DNA of 64,000 nt, from assembly GCA_047635375.1 (NCBI GenBank), contig JBLIKP010000001.1, positions 7,115 to 71,114 on the forward strand. Direction: 5' to 3'. Below, one piece after another: positions 28,422 through 38,125 of this stretch (position 1 is its first letter; the number at the start of each line of letters is the position of its first letter). The DNA is from Sphingobacteriales bacterium. GTDB lineage: Bacteria; Bacteroidota; Bacteroidia; Sphingobacteriales; Sphingobacteriaceae. Made by a program: the position numbers and the translations under genes. Under the pieces are notes generated by a model. The model had not been told where the DNA came from, made no database searches, and saw nothing but the letters and a program-made list of their open reading frames with translations.

Positions 28422-29549
28422 TTGGTAATTGCAGTAAATACAAGGCTTCTTTTAAAAAATAAGCTTCAAGGGATAGGTTGGTTTTCTTACGAAAGTTTGA
28501 AAAGGATAACCCAAGATCATCCTGAACATACTTTTCATTTCTTTTTTGATAGGCCTTTCGATCAAGAGTTTGTGTTTGGGGAGAATGTGATTCCACATGT
28601 CCTTTTCCCTCAGGCTAGGCACCCGTTTTTATATTTTTTGTTTTTCGAATTTGCGGTTACCCAGGCATTAAAAACCATAAAAGCCGACCTCTTCTTAAGC
28701 CCTGATGGGTACCTTAGTCTACGAACAGACGTACCATCGATTCAGGTGATTCATGACTTGAATTTTGAGCATAACCCTGAATTCGTTCCGTTTTTTGAGC
28801 GTAAGTTTTACCGTTATTTTTTTCCGCGTTATGCGCGTAAGGCTGCTCGGATTGCAACGGTATCATCCTTTTCAAAACAGGACATTATTGATGTGTATGG
28901 CATCGCAGAAAATAAAATTGATGTGGTCTATAATGGGGCAGGAAAGCAATTTCAGCCATTATCTGATATTGAACAAGTTGAAATTAGAAATGAAATTTCT
29001 GGCGGAGTTCCATACTTCCTTTATGTAGGGGCGTTTCACCATCGGAAAAATATGCATGGAATGGTTAATGCGTTTTCAAAATTTAAACGCTTAACCCAGT
29101 CTAAGGTGAAGTTTGTTTTTGTTGGGGAGAAACTTTTTGGGGATCCTGCTTTCGCGAAAGCTTATGAAACCTGTGAGTTTAAAAACGATTTTATTTTCAC
29201 GGGAAGGTTAGCTTCTGAAAAACTACCCAAAGTAATAGCATCTGCTCAAACCATGGTTTACGTGCCCTTTTTTGAAGGATTTGGAATTCCTCCCTTGGAG
29301 GCAATGCAAAGCGGAACACCCGTGATATGTTCAAACGTAAGCTCGTTACCTGAAGTGGTAGGAAATGCTGCGCTTACCGTTAACCCAAAAGATTGTGATG
29401 AAATAGTTTCGGCTTTAAGCCGAATGGATAGCGATCCCGAATTAAGGGAAAATTTTAAGAGATTAGGATTGGAACAAGCGAAGAAATTTTCTTGGGAAAA
29501 AACCGCAAGGGCGTTATACAATTCAATAGAAAAAGTTTTAAATGGCTGA
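28422..29549 (+). CDS. family-4 (GT-B, GT1/GT4-type) glycosyltransferase
   Basis: 375 aa. Contains [30 protein letters not shown] (the E-x7-E region). The TTG start at 28422 is forced: an in-frame stop lies at 28404-28406 and no ATG lies between them. Confidence 0.9.
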   Translation: MVIAVNTRLLLKNKLQGIGWFSYESLKRITQDHPEHTFHFFFDRPFDQEFVFGENVIPHVLFPQARHPFLYFLFFEFAVTQALKTIKADLFLSPDGYLSLRTDVPSIQVIHDLNFEHNPEFVPFFERKFYRYFFPRYARKAARIATVSSFSKQDIIDVYGIAENKIDVVYNGAGKQFQPLSDIEQVEIRNEISGGVPYFLYVGAFHHRKNMHGMVNAFSKFKRLTQSKVKFVFVGEKLFGDPAFAKAYETCEFKNDFIFTGRLASEKLPKVIASAQTMVYVPFFEGFGIPPLEAMQSGTPVICSNVSSLPEVVGNAALTVNPKDCDEIVSALSRMDSDPELRENFKRLGLEQAKKFSWEKTARALYNSIEKVLNG

Positions 29550-30147
29550 GTTATTAAACCAATACCAAGATGTACTTGTTGAGGCTGGATGCGATGAAGC
29601 CGGAAGGGGTTGTCTTGCCGGGCCCGTGGTTGCTGCAGCAGTAATCCTCAATGAAGGGGTAGACCACCCATTGCTAAATGATTCTAAGCAAGTTTCTGAA
29701 AAAAACCGAAATGAACTGAGGAAGTTTATTGAGAAAAATGCTCGCGCTTGGGCTGTCGGGATTTGTTCACCCCAAGAAATTGATGAAATAAACATACTTA
29801 AGGCCTCATTTTTAGCAATGCATAAGGCAGTAGATGGTCTTAGGGTAAAACCGGGTTTTTTATCCATTGATGGTAACCGATTTACGCCATATAAAAATTT
29901 GGAGTTTGCCTGTATTATCAAAGGGGATGCAAAATATAAAAACATTGCAGCAGCTTCTATTTTAGCCAAAACTCATCGAGATGAAATAATGAAGGGATTA
30001 GCTATTGAGCATCCTGAATACAGTTGGGAACAAAATATGGGTTACCCAACCAAAAAGCATCGTGAAGCCATTTATGAGTTTGGAATAACTATTCATCATA
30101 GAAAAACTTTCAGGCAGTTACCGGAGCAGCTTAGTATGAAAATTTAA
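29542..30147 (+). CDS. rnhB: ribonuclease HII
   Basis: 201 aa. Contains [19 protein letters not shown] and [10 protein letters not shown]. Its start overlaps the GT4 stop by 8 nt (ATGGCTGA). Confidence 0.95.
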   Translation: MAELLNQYQDVLVEAGCDEAGRGCLAGPVVAAAVILNEGVDHPLLNDSKQVSEKNRNELRKFIEKNARAWAVGICSPQEIDEINILKASFLAMHKAVDGLRVKPGFLSIDGNRFTPYKNLEFACIIKGDAKYKNIAAASILAKTHRDEIMKGLAIEHPEYSWEQNMGYPTKKHREAIYEFGITIHHRKTFRQLPEQLSMKI

Positions 30148-30452
30148 CCGAGCCAATTATATCTTTCCGCAAAAAACACCAATACTCTAAATAGAATTGA
30201 AATACCTAAAAAGACATAAAACATGATTTTATAGGTCCTCAGTTTTACCACCTCTTTTTTTAACTCTTCCTTCATTTCAGGACTTTCAACGAACAATTTT
30301 GTGAGCTGAATATTGGTTATTCCTCTTGATTGAGCGAAACGCGAAATTTTGAAAAGCATTCTTCCATATTGAATGAAATACATAAATGTAATTCCTAATA
30401 GAAAGTAAAAAAGGATATCCGAAAGACTAGTTCCCATAAACTTTCTCCCCAT
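30144..30452 (-). CDS. small hypothetical membrane protein (two TM helices)
   Basis: 102-aa ORF with two hydrophobic helices flanking a charged loop. It overlaps the downstream amidohydrolase gene on the same strand. No family recognised. Confidence 0.4.
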   Translation of the reverse strand: MGRKFMGTSLSDILFYFLLGITFMYFIQYGRMLFKISRFAQSRGITNIQLTKLFVESPEMKEELKKEVVKLRTYKIMFYVFLGISILFRVLVFFAERYNWLG

Positions 30453-32067
30453 TTACGAAGGTCATAATAACCTTGGTATTTCTAATTTCTCCTTCTGGAG
30501 CGGTCATAATATCTTTTTCCAAAACCACGAAATCGGCGGATTTGCCTTCAACCAAGGAGCCTTTATTTTTGTCTTCAAAACCGGCATAGGCCGCCCAAAT
30601 GGTCATAGCTTTTAATGCTTCAATGCGAGTGATTTTTTCTTTAGGCAGAAAGCCATCATCAGGGAAGCCCTGTGCGTCTTTTCTTTCAACCGCTGAGGCA
30701 AATCCTAGTAGAGGATTAATTTCTTCGACAGGAAAGTCACTTCCGGCTGCAATTAACCCCGTTGTTTTTATTAAAGTGTTATAGGCATAGGCGCCAGCTA
30801 ATCTGTTTTCTCCAAGTCTATCTTTTGCCCAATACATGTCGCTTGTTGCGTGAGTGGGTTGAACCGATGGGATAATATTAAAGGTTTCCATAAGGTTCAA
30901 ATCTGATGGGTTAATAACCTGGCAATGTTCGATTCTCCATCTTTTATCGTTTCCTTCATTTAGGAAATCTGCGTAAATATTTAGCATTACCCTATTTGCG
31001 GAGTCACCAATACAATGTGTGTTAAGTTGAAAACCCAAAAGGAACACCTTTTCAGCTACTTTACGCAGGCTATCCTGGGAGCTTAATAGGAATCCTATTT
31101 CCTGTGGTTTATCGCTATATGGGTGTAATAAGCATGCTCCTCGAGAGCCTAAAGCCCCATCGCCATAAAGTTTAAAAGAATTTACCGTGAGCCGTTCATT
31201 TTTTATTGACCCTTCTTGTTCGAAGAAATCAAAATTCTCCTGGTTAGGGTTGGCCATCGCGTAGACCTTAATTTTTAAAACACCCTTATTCTGAAGGGAA
31301 TCGAGGATTTGAATATCTTCAAGATCTAACCCAGCATCTGTAACAGTGGTGAGACCTACTTCGAATAAGTTTTTCTCCGCCAATATTAAAGCCGCCGATT
31401 TTTCTTCTCTTGTTAATTTCGGAATTGCTATTTCAATAAGATCTACTGCATTATCAAGAATAAGGCCCGTAAGTTTTCCGTTTTTCACTTCTAGAAAACC
31501 TCCCTCAATTTTGCTGTCAGGGCTGATTTTGGCGAGTTCAAAAGCTTTTTTATTGACATAAGCGGCATGACCATCTACTCGGCGGACTAGTACAGGGGTT
31601 TCGGGAAAGGATTTATTTAAAAGTGTATTGTCGGGGAATTCTTTTCCAGGCCATAATGATTGGTCCCAGCCTCTTCCGGTAATCCATTGTCCTGGATTGT
31701 TTTTTTGATGCTCCTCCATTTTAGCAACCATTTCTTCCATAGAGTTCACACCCCGTAAATCTACTCTTGATAATTGCTGCGCATAGCCATTAAAGTGGGA
31801 ATGAGCGTCATTAAACCCAGGGTAAACGGGTTTCCCTTGAAGATCGATTTCGCGTTCAACCGAATTGTTTTTTCGTAATGGAGTTTCCTTTCCAATGGCC
31901 ACAATTGTGCCATTTTTTACAATCATGGCTTCTGCCTTGGAAAAGTCCCCATCAACAGTATATATCACGCCGTTGAAGTAAAGGGTCCCTGATGGTTTTT
32001 CTTGATTACAAGAAATCAAAAATAGGTTGAGAAGGACGAAAAGTAAGATTGATTGGAAACGTTTCAT
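30427..32067 (-). CDS. amidohydrolase-family (YtcJ-like, metal-dependent) lipoprotein
   Basis: 546 aa. Lipobox LFLISC. Contains YPGFNDAHSH (the HxH metal site), plus NTHCIGD and a downstream EHCQ. Confidence 0.85.
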   Translation of the reverse strand: MKRFQSILLFVLLNLFLISCNQEKPSGTLYFNGVIYTVDGDFSKAEAMIVKNGTIVAIGKETPLRKNNSVEREIDLQGKPVYPGFNDAHSHFNGYAQQLSRVDLRGVNSMEEMVAKMEEHQKNNPGQWITGRGWDQSLWPGKEFPDNTLLNKSFPETPVLVRRVDGHAAYVNKKAFELAKISPDSKIEGGFLEVKNGKLTGLILDNAVDLIEIAIPKLTREEKSAALILAEKNLFEVGLTTVTDAGLDLEDIQILDSLQNKGVLKIKVYAMANPNQENFDFFEQEGSIKNERLTVNSFKLYGDGALGSRGACLLHPYSDKPQEIGFLLSSQDSLRKVAEKVFLLGFQLNTHCIGDSANRVMLNIYADFLNEGNDKRWRIEHCQVINPSDLNLMETFNIIPSVQPTHATSDMYWAKDRLGENRLAGAYAYNTLIKTTGLIAAGSDFPVEEINPLLGFASAVERKDAQGFPDDGFLPKEKITRIEALKAMTIWAAYAGFEDKNKGSLVEGKSADFVVLEKDIMTAPEGEIRNTKVIMTFVNGEKVYGN

Positions 32068-32107
32068 GCTTAAAAATTGAATATGGAAATTATACTACGA
32101 AGTAAAT

Positions 32108-32140
32108 AAAAAAATCCCCTTCCGTTACCGAAAGGGGATT
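32108..32140 (-). terminator. rho-independent terminator after M43 protease paralog 1
   Basis: 9-bp stem aatcccctt (32113-32121) / aaggggatt (32132-32140). The A7 run at 32108-32114 gives a U-tract on the minus-strand transcript. Confidence 0.75.
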
Positions 32141-32165
32141 TTATTTATTGAGTTAAGTAAAATTA

Positions 32166-34262
32166 TTACTTAGTGTAAACTACATTTTTGGTTACCGTAC
32201 TGTTTGAAGTCTTCATTCTCACGAAATAAACTCCAGCATTTGTAAAGCTGTTTTCATTAGCATTTAACTTAATCTTATGGCTTCCTGCCGATAAAGTCTC
32301 GTTTGTTACGCTAATAACACGACCAGTAATATCTAAAACTTCAAGTGTGATATTGTCGGCTTTTTCAAGGTCGAAATTAACACTAAGATCCTGAGTAAAT
32401 GGATTTGGAGCTAAAGTGAATCTCAACTTGAGGGCTTCGGCATCAGCTATACTAGTAGATGGGTTGGCATCATAAATATTGATATTGTCCATGTAAAAAT
32501 TGTTTCCTCCACCTGTGGTAAAGTCGAAACGAATTAGCCCACTAGTTGCACCTTCAATAGCGCCTAAATCAATAATTTGTTCTACCCATTCAGATTCTGA
32601 ACTTGGGAAATAAGTTCCCCCAACAGGTCCGTCTGAGGTTTCCATTTGGCCACCAGCACGACTTAATCTAACTTTCCAAGTTAACCCACAGTTATTACTT
32701 ACATAAACAGTTAATCTGTCAGCGCTTTGGTTAGTCCTTCTGGCGTATGCCATTCGGAAAGAAAGCTTTGGAGAATTCATGTTTGAAATATTGATTCCTG
32801 GGCTAATTAATTGGTCAGTTAAACCTGTAGGAGCGCCATTCACGTTGCTATAATAGATTGAAGCTGCTCCAGTATATGAGGCTTGTTCTGAACGTTGGAA
32901 TGTACGATCGTTGTCTTCGTTTATAATATTCCATCCATCGATATCGAAAGGGTCTGTTTCAAAACCTTCTGTTATTGGTCCGAATAAATCGCTTGTATTT
33001 TTTTGAATTTCAATGTAATCTTGTTTCAAAAGGCTATCAGAACCATTTGCGTTAGAAACCTTAAGTTGAACAGTGTATTTACCATCCAATTTAAATTTTA
33101 CGTTAGGGTTTTTACCCATAACAACAAATGAAGTGTCGCCATTGTCAAAAGTCCATTCCCAAGCATCAACCTCAGCATTGTAGCTATGGTCTGTGAAGGT
33201 TAAGGAAGACCCTGCACATGCAAGCGTGCTATTTGTATTGAAATCAGGGATTGGTGCGCATCCTGGAGAAACATATCCGTCATTTGTACCAGTCGCGATT
33301 AGATTCTGTTCAGTATGGTAAGTGTTTAATGAACCTGAGTTCATTAATGCAGCACGCATTCTGTCTTGTTGCCCATGAGTAAACATACGCTCGCAGCTAG
33401 AGTAATCCATAATGTTTTCAACATTATCAAGACTACCGCAAGATTCTGACGCCTTATTACATCCAGATGATCCAACTGTTAATGGTGTGTCGTCCACGCC
33501 ATCATCAAAGTTGCAATTTGCTATTTCTAAGGGAGTGTTAGTGCCCCCCCAAGTATGTGAAAGGTTATAAAAGTGACCTACTTCGTGTGGAAGGGTACGT
33601 CGACTTAAGTTACCACCTTGACCGAATTGGTTATAGCGGCAGTAAATAGCCCATCTTGGGTTTCCTGGAGCAAAAGTTCCAGGGTTGAATGTATATGCGC
33701 CAGCACCTGATTGCATATTGCGAACAACATAGATGTTCATGTATTTTTTTGTGTCCCAGCTGATTACTGCAGATACTCCAGCATTGTCTCCACCGTCGTT
33801 GGTTTTGTTAGAAAAAGTACGAGTGATACCGTCGGTGCAATTTCCGTTAGGATCAATTTGAGCAAAACGTAATTCAACGTAAGAAGCTCCCATTATTTTT
33901 CTAAAAGTGTCTAACACTTGATTAGAATCCTCGGCCATTTTAAGGTGGTCAAGGTTACTTAGGGCAATAGCGTTAAGCACATCTGATTTAGGAATGTTTT
34001 CAGGGCCATATTCGTGTAGAATATGAACTACCACTGGTATGATAAGTTTTTCGACTGTATCAGTTGATCTTTGAGAAGCTTTGTTAGCAATATAAAATTG
34101 GGTAGCTTCTTCAAGAGCCGCTCTTCGAGCTTGAGCTTCGGTATCATGTTGTACCACATTATCAGTATGACTGTGTGTTGTACATAGTCGTTGTGCCTGT
34201 GCATTTTTCGTTGCCGTTAGGCCTAATGCACCTAGAAGTAAGAGAGTGAAAATTTTACGCAT
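32166..34262 (-). CDS. secreted M43-type (cytophagalysin/pappalysin-like) zinc metalloprotease with PKD-like and MAM-like domains and a T9SS CTD (paralog 1)
   Basis: The ORF-track start at 34337 is rejected in favour of ATG 34262 (MRKIFTLLLLGALGLTATKNAQAQ, a signal peptide). Contains HEVGHFYNLSH, the Met-turn NIMDYS, TTGGGNNFYMDNINIYD and the CTD APNPF...LDITGRVIS...GVYFVRM...VYTK. Confidence 0.85.
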   Translation of the reverse strand: MRKIFTLLLLGALGLTATKNAQAQRLCTTHSHTDNVVQHDTEAQARRAALEEATQFYIANKASQRSTDTVEKLIIPVVVHILHEYGPENIPKSDVLNAIALSNLDHLKMAEDSNQVLDTFRKIMGASYVELRFAQIDPNGNCTDGITRTFSNKTNDGGDNAGVSAVISWDTKKYMNIYVVRNMQSGAGAYTFNPGTFAPGNPRWAIYCRYNQFGQGGNLSRRTLPHEVGHFYNLSHTWGGTNTPLEIANCNFDDGVDDTPLTVGSSGCNKASESCGSLDNVENIMDYSSCERMFTHGQQDRMRAALMNSGSLNTYHTEQNLIATGTNDGYVSPGCAPIPDFNTNSTLACAGSSLTFTDHSYNAEVDAWEWTFDNGDTSFVVMGKNPNVKFKLDGKYTVQLKVSNANGSDSLLKQDYIEIQKNTSDLFGPITEGFETDPFDIDGWNIINEDNDRTFQRSEQASYTGAASIYYSNVNGAPTGLTDQLISPGINISNMNSPKLSFRMAYARRTNQSADRLTVYVSNNCGLTWKVRLSRAGGQMETSDGPVGGTYFPSSESEWVEQIIDLGAIEGATSGLIRFDFTTGGGNNFYMDNINIYDANPSTSIADAEALKLRFTLAPNPFTQDLSVNFDLEKADNITLEVLDITGRVISVTNETLSAGSHKIKLNANENSFTNAGVYFVRMKTSNSTVTKNVVYTK

Positions 34263-34413
34263 TTGTTGTTTTTTGATGTTTTGAGATTTTAAAGATAATA
34301 AATACTTGCGATTAGCGCAATAATACACAATTCGCAAAGTGCTTAATTATGGCATGAATTTTATGCTAAATCCTTGTGTTTTGAACAAAATCAACGATTT
34401 TAGGATAGGACAT

Positions 34414-34448
34414 AAAAAAAGCCTTGTAACATTGTTACAAGGCTTTTT
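34414..34448. terminator. bidirectional hairpin terminator between the two tandem M43 genes
   Basis: 10-bp perfect stem gccttgtaac (34421-34430) / gttacaaggc (34434-34443) with a 3-nt loop, A7 upstream and T5 downstream. Confidence 0.8.
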
Positions 34449-34466
34449 CAAAAAGTGTGTTACTTC

Positions 34467-36557
34467 TTATTGGAAAATTACTTTTTCAATAAGGATACCA
34501 TGCTCAGAAGTTAGCTTTAAAAGGTAAACTCCTTTTGCTGGAAACAAATTGTTCCCATTAAAATTAAATGAGCTTGAAGAACTATCTAAAATCACAGCTT
34601 TGACAATTTTCCCAGTAATATCCATTACTTCTAAAGTAGAAGCCAGAGCAGAATTTGAAACTGAAATATTGAAGTTGTTATTAATTGGGTTAGGAGAAAC
34701 CTTAAATGAAACTCCTGATTTTTCAGTCACTCCCGTTGAAGGATTGTTGTCTACAATTTGGATGTTGTCAAAGTAAAGGTTATTGCCACCACCTGTTGTA
34801 ATTTGAAATTTAAACATTGCATTTGTTGCATCATCAATTGAGCTTAGGCTAATTTCATGTTCTACCCATTCGTCTGCCGAGCCAGGGAAGTATGCGCCAG
34901 ACTGTGGACCATCAGTGGTTTCCATTCCTGAACCGAATTTGCTGAATTTGAATTTCCATAATTTACCGCAGTTGGTTGAAGTAAATACAACAAGTCTATC
35001 ACTGGAGCTATTGTTTCTTCTAGCGTAAGCTAAGCGGAAACGTAATACAGGCTCATTCATATTGCTTATATCCACAGCAGGTGAAATCAACTCTGGATTT
35101 TTCCCTGAAGCATTCCCATTTGGCTGATTGTAAACTAAAGAGGCCGCACCTTGATATGAGGCATCGTAAGTTATTTCGAATGCTCTTCCGTCTTTGTCAG
35201 GAACTATTACCCAGTTACTATCGGTAAAATTTTCGTATTCAAATCCTTGTTGAACGTATCCTTGAAGATCTCCATTTTCAGGAATAACGCGAACCCAAGC
35301 CTCACGTGTAAGTGAATCTGATCCAGTTGCATTTGAAACGACTAATTTTACATCAAATTCACCACCCATGGTAAAAGTCATTGTTGGGTTTTGTTCGGTT
35401 GAAATAATGGTAGTGTCTTCGTTCGAGAATGTCCATTCCCAAGCGTCAGGTATGCCGTTCCAAGTAAAGTCGGTAAATTTTATTGGCTCACCTTCGCAGG
35501 CCGTTCTATAATTTTGCCAGAAATCTGCATAAGGCATAATCACATAGGAGTTAGTATCTAAAATACCCGTTACTTCGGCATTTTCTGGCGTAATTAAACG
35601 GTCTATTTTATTTCCTCCTGCTTTCAATGCAGCATGCATTCTATCGGTTTGACCGTGAGTAAACATGTTTTGGCAAGAACCGTTGGTGTAATCCATGTAG
35701 TTGTCAGTCATGTCGAATGTACCACAGGTCTGTTTATTAGTTGGGCATCCACTTGAGGAAGCTGAAGCGTCTGGAGTATCATTTACGCCATCAGAGGCTC
35801 CACAACCACCATCACCCCAAATGTGGCGAAGATTTAAGCAGTGGCCAATTTCGTGTACTAAAGTACGTCCTTGGTTATCGAAAGCGGTTCCAAATTCAAT
35901 TGATCCAGTAACATCGGCACGGATAACAATCCCGTAAGTAGCATCGGCTCCAGTTCCTGGGAATTGAGCATATCCAAGAATAACTCCTCCTCCGCCACTA
36001 GCGCCAATATTTCTAACCACCCATACATTAAAATAACTTGTTTGAGGCCAAACAGAAATTGCTTTATCTGTCCTGTCTGGTTGATTGTTGAAATCGGTAG
36101 CTGATGTAGGTACCATCACACGTCCATCTGTTCTTTCGCCGTTAGGATCTTTTCTAGCAAGGCGAAATTCGATATAAGTATCGGAGGCAACAGCGCGCCA
36201 GCGTTCGTCAGTGTCTGTGGTATCTGGATTAATCCGTCTAAAGTCCTCATTGATAATTCTTACTTGATCTTCAATTTGGGCACGGCTTATTGCCTCTGGA
36301 CCATATTGATGATAAATGTGGAATACAATTGGAATATAAACAGTGTCTTCGTGAGTTTGGGAAGTAACTTTTCTATTTTCTAAATACTGAAGAGTGAATT
36401 GCTCAAGTGCATCACGGTTTTCCTTGTATTCAGGATTTTCTTTAAAATTAATTTCTGTTTGCTCAGTGGTGTAACATGGAATTACAGCTTCCTGAGCTAT
36501 TGCACTTCCTGCAGAAAAGAACATTGCAGCAAGCAGAAAAGAAGAGAGATGTTTCAT
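34467..36557 (-). CDS. secreted M43-type zinc metalloprotease with PKD-like and MAM-like domains and a T9SS CTD (paralog 2)
   Basis: 696 aa. Signal peptide MKHLSSFLLAAMFFSAGSAIAQ. Contains HEIGHCLNLRH, NYMDYT, TTGGGNNLYFDNIQIVD and the CTD SPNPI...MDITGKIV...GVYLLKL...VIFQ. Confidence 0.85.
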   Translation of the reverse strand: MKHLSSFLLAAMFFSAGSAIAQEAVIPCYTTEQTEINFKENPEYKENRDALEQFTLQYLENRKVTSQTHEDTVYIPIVFHIYHQYGPEAISRAQIEDQVRIINEDFRRINPDTTDTDERWRAVASDTYIEFRLARKDPNGERTDGRVMVPTSATDFNNQPDRTDKAISVWPQTSYFNVWVVRNIGASGGGGVILGYAQFPGTGADATYGIVIRADVTGSIEFGTAFDNQGRTLVHEIGHCLNLRHIWGDGGCGASDGVNDTPDASASSSGCPTNKQTCGTFDMTDNYMDYTNGSCQNMFTHGQTDRMHAALKAGGNKIDRLITPENAEVTGILDTNSYVIMPYADFWQNYRTACEGEPIKFTDFTWNGIPDAWEWTFSNEDTTIISTEQNPTMTFTMGGEFDVKLVVSNATGSDSLTREAWVRVIPENGDLQGYVQQGFEYENFTDSNWVIVPDKDGRAFEITYDASYQGAASLVYNQPNGNASGKNPELISPAVDISNMNEPVLRFRLAYARRNNSSSDRLVVFTSTNCGKLWKFKFSKFGSGMETTDGPQSGAYFPGSADEWVEHEISLSSIDDATNAMFKFQITTGGGNNLYFDNIQIVDNNPSTGVTEKSGVSFKVSPNPINNNFNISVSNSALASTLEVMDITGKIVKAVILDSSSSSFNFNGNNLFPAKGVYLLKLTSEHGILIEKVIFQ

Positions 36558-36709
36558 ATAAGTTATTTAATTAATCACTTGAAGTGATTTTCAAGCGGAT
36601 TGAAATTAGGGAATTGTGTGAATATTAGCAATAAAATATTTATCCTTATTGGAGGATTCTCAGTTAATAAGACCCTTTTTTATAAAAATGGTTGCATTCA
36701 AAATGAATT

Positions 36710-38107
36710 TTATTCCGTGTCTGGGGTTAAGTTTATTTCACCTTCTGAGGTTGCAATAACACTTGCTACCGTGGCATCTCCAGTTACATTTACAACGGTT
36801 CTGCACATGTCCAGGATTCTGTCGACTGGGAATACAATAGCGATCCAGGTTGGATCTAAACCCACAGATTCTAACACGATAATTAACATAACTAGTCCGG
36901 CACTTGGCACCGCTGCTGAGCCAATTGATGCTAAAGTTGCGGTTAATATTATTGTTAGTTGCTGAACGAACGAAAGATCCACCATATGAAACTGAGCCAA
37001 AAAGACTACGGCTACTGCTTGGTATAGGCTGGTTCCATCCATGTTTACTGTTGCTCCTATGGGAAGGACAAAGCTGGTTACTTTTTCGCTAACCCCTAAT
37101 TTGTTTTCAACACAATCCATGGTAACGGGCAAAGTCGCCGCACTTGAGGATGTGGAGAAAGCTAGCATTTGGGCTGGGGCCATGCTTTTGAAGAATTTTT
37201 TGTAGCCGATTTTCCCTCTAGTAAGGAGCATCATGATTGTAGGGTAGAATACAAAAACCATCAGCGCTAAGCCAGCAAAAACAGTTAAAGAGTACCAGCC
37301 GAGGCCTTTGAAAATCTCGATTACATTTCCAGGATCGTCACCGGCCATTTCACTTATTTTTCCTGCAAGCAGGGCAAACACGAAAAATGGTGCAGCCTGC
37401 ATAGTGAGGTCCACCATTTTTAAGAATACTTCATTAGCACCTGCCACAAACTGATTTACGGGATTTGCGAATTCGGCGGGGATGAACAATAGCGAAATTC
37501 CAAAGAACAAAGCGAAGAAAATAATTTGAAGCATGCTTCCATTATCTCCAAGGGCCCCAAAAATATTGCTAGGCACCATATCTACCAGCATTTTAAGTGG
37601 ACCAGAATCCTTTACTTTTCGAGCGTCATTTATTTTTTTACTTACCTCGTCATTTTTTGGGGTGTTTGTCTCTACTTCGTTTAAAGATCCTTCGGATAGG
37701 ACCTGGTTATCAATTAACTCAACTCCATCAGTCTGTGCGACGAATAATTCGTAATTTTTACGGTTTTCAAGCCTTTGACCTTCTCCCATAAGGGTTCCTG
37801 GTTGGAATACATTAACCAAAGTTAGCCCTAAAGAAACTGCGGTAATTGTAGTGATTAAATACATCAAAAGGGTTTTCATTCCCATTCTACCCAGACTTGA
37901 AGCGTCAGTTAAGCCAGTGATTCCTTTTATAATGGAGAATAAAACTAGGGGAACTGCTATTAGCTTAAGCACATTGATGAAAATTGTGCCAAAAGGACTA
38001 ATCCAATCTATGGTGAACTTACTCCAACCTAGATAACTGGAAAGAAGAGCCCAAATAACTCCCAAAAATAAACCAATGATGATTTTCCAATGCAGTGCAA
38101 GTTTCAT
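36710..38107 (-). CDS. dicarboxylate/amino acid:cation (Na+/H+) symporter family transporter (GltP/DctA-like)
   Basis: 465 aa. Contains AFSTSSSAATLPVTM and PIGATVNMDGTSLYQ, typical of the SDF family. Confidence 0.9.
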   Translation of the reverse strand: MKLALHWKIIIGLFLGVIWALLSSYLGWSKFTIDWISPFGTIFINVLKLIAVPLVLFSIIKGITGLTDASSLGRMGMKTLLMYLITTITAVSLGLTLVNVFQPGTLMGEGQRLENRKNYELFVAQTDGVELIDNQVLSEGSLNEVETNTPKNDEVSKKINDARKVKDSGPLKMLVDMVPSNIFGALGDNGSMLQIIFFALFFGISLLFIPAEFANPVNQFVAGANEVFLKMVDLTMQAAPFFVFALLAGKISEMAGDDPGNVIEIFKGLGWYSLTVFAGLALMVFVFYPTIMMLLTRGKIGYKKFFKSMAPAQMLAFSTSSSAATLPVTMDCVENKLGVSEKVTSFVLPIGATVNMDGTSLYQAVAVVFLAQFHMVDLSFVQQLTIILTATLASIGSAAVPSAGLVMLIIVLESVGLDPTWIAIVFPVDRILDMCRTVVNVTGDATVASVIATSEGEINLTPDTE

Positions 38108-38125
38108 ATGTAGATTGTTAAACGG

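Noticed and set aside
29538-29969. A 143-aa minus-strand ORF fully antisense to rnhB, together with similar long antisense ORFs in the track (e.g. 36600-36965, 40201-40560, 50004-50372, 11063-11359, 14737-15024, 24767-25081).
   Set aside because: Each lies entirely inside a longer ORF on the other strand that has clear family motifs. Their translations are low-complexity or mirror-hydrophobic and have no recognisable motifs, so they are typical shadow ORFs.
33544-33550. Homopolymeric C7/G7 tracts as possible phase-variation switches (33544-33550 in M43 paralog 1, 42324-42330 in the 1,465-aa gene, 52839-52845 in nif3).
   Set aside because: Each simply encodes Gly-Gly within a conserved-looking context. 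One sits in a housekeeping gene. Seven nucleotides is short for slipped-strand switching. No frameshifted alternative ORFs are evident.
34263-34337. N-terminal extensions given by the ORF track (34337 for M43-1, 44926 for tpiA, 48381 for gcvT, 52043 for pabB, 55951 for dcd, 13448, 19752, 53922).
   Set aside because: In each case an internal ATG gives a canonical N-terminus: a signal peptide, or a conserved start such as MPRKFIVAGNWKMN. The extension would add non-conserved residues or overlap a neighbouring gene.
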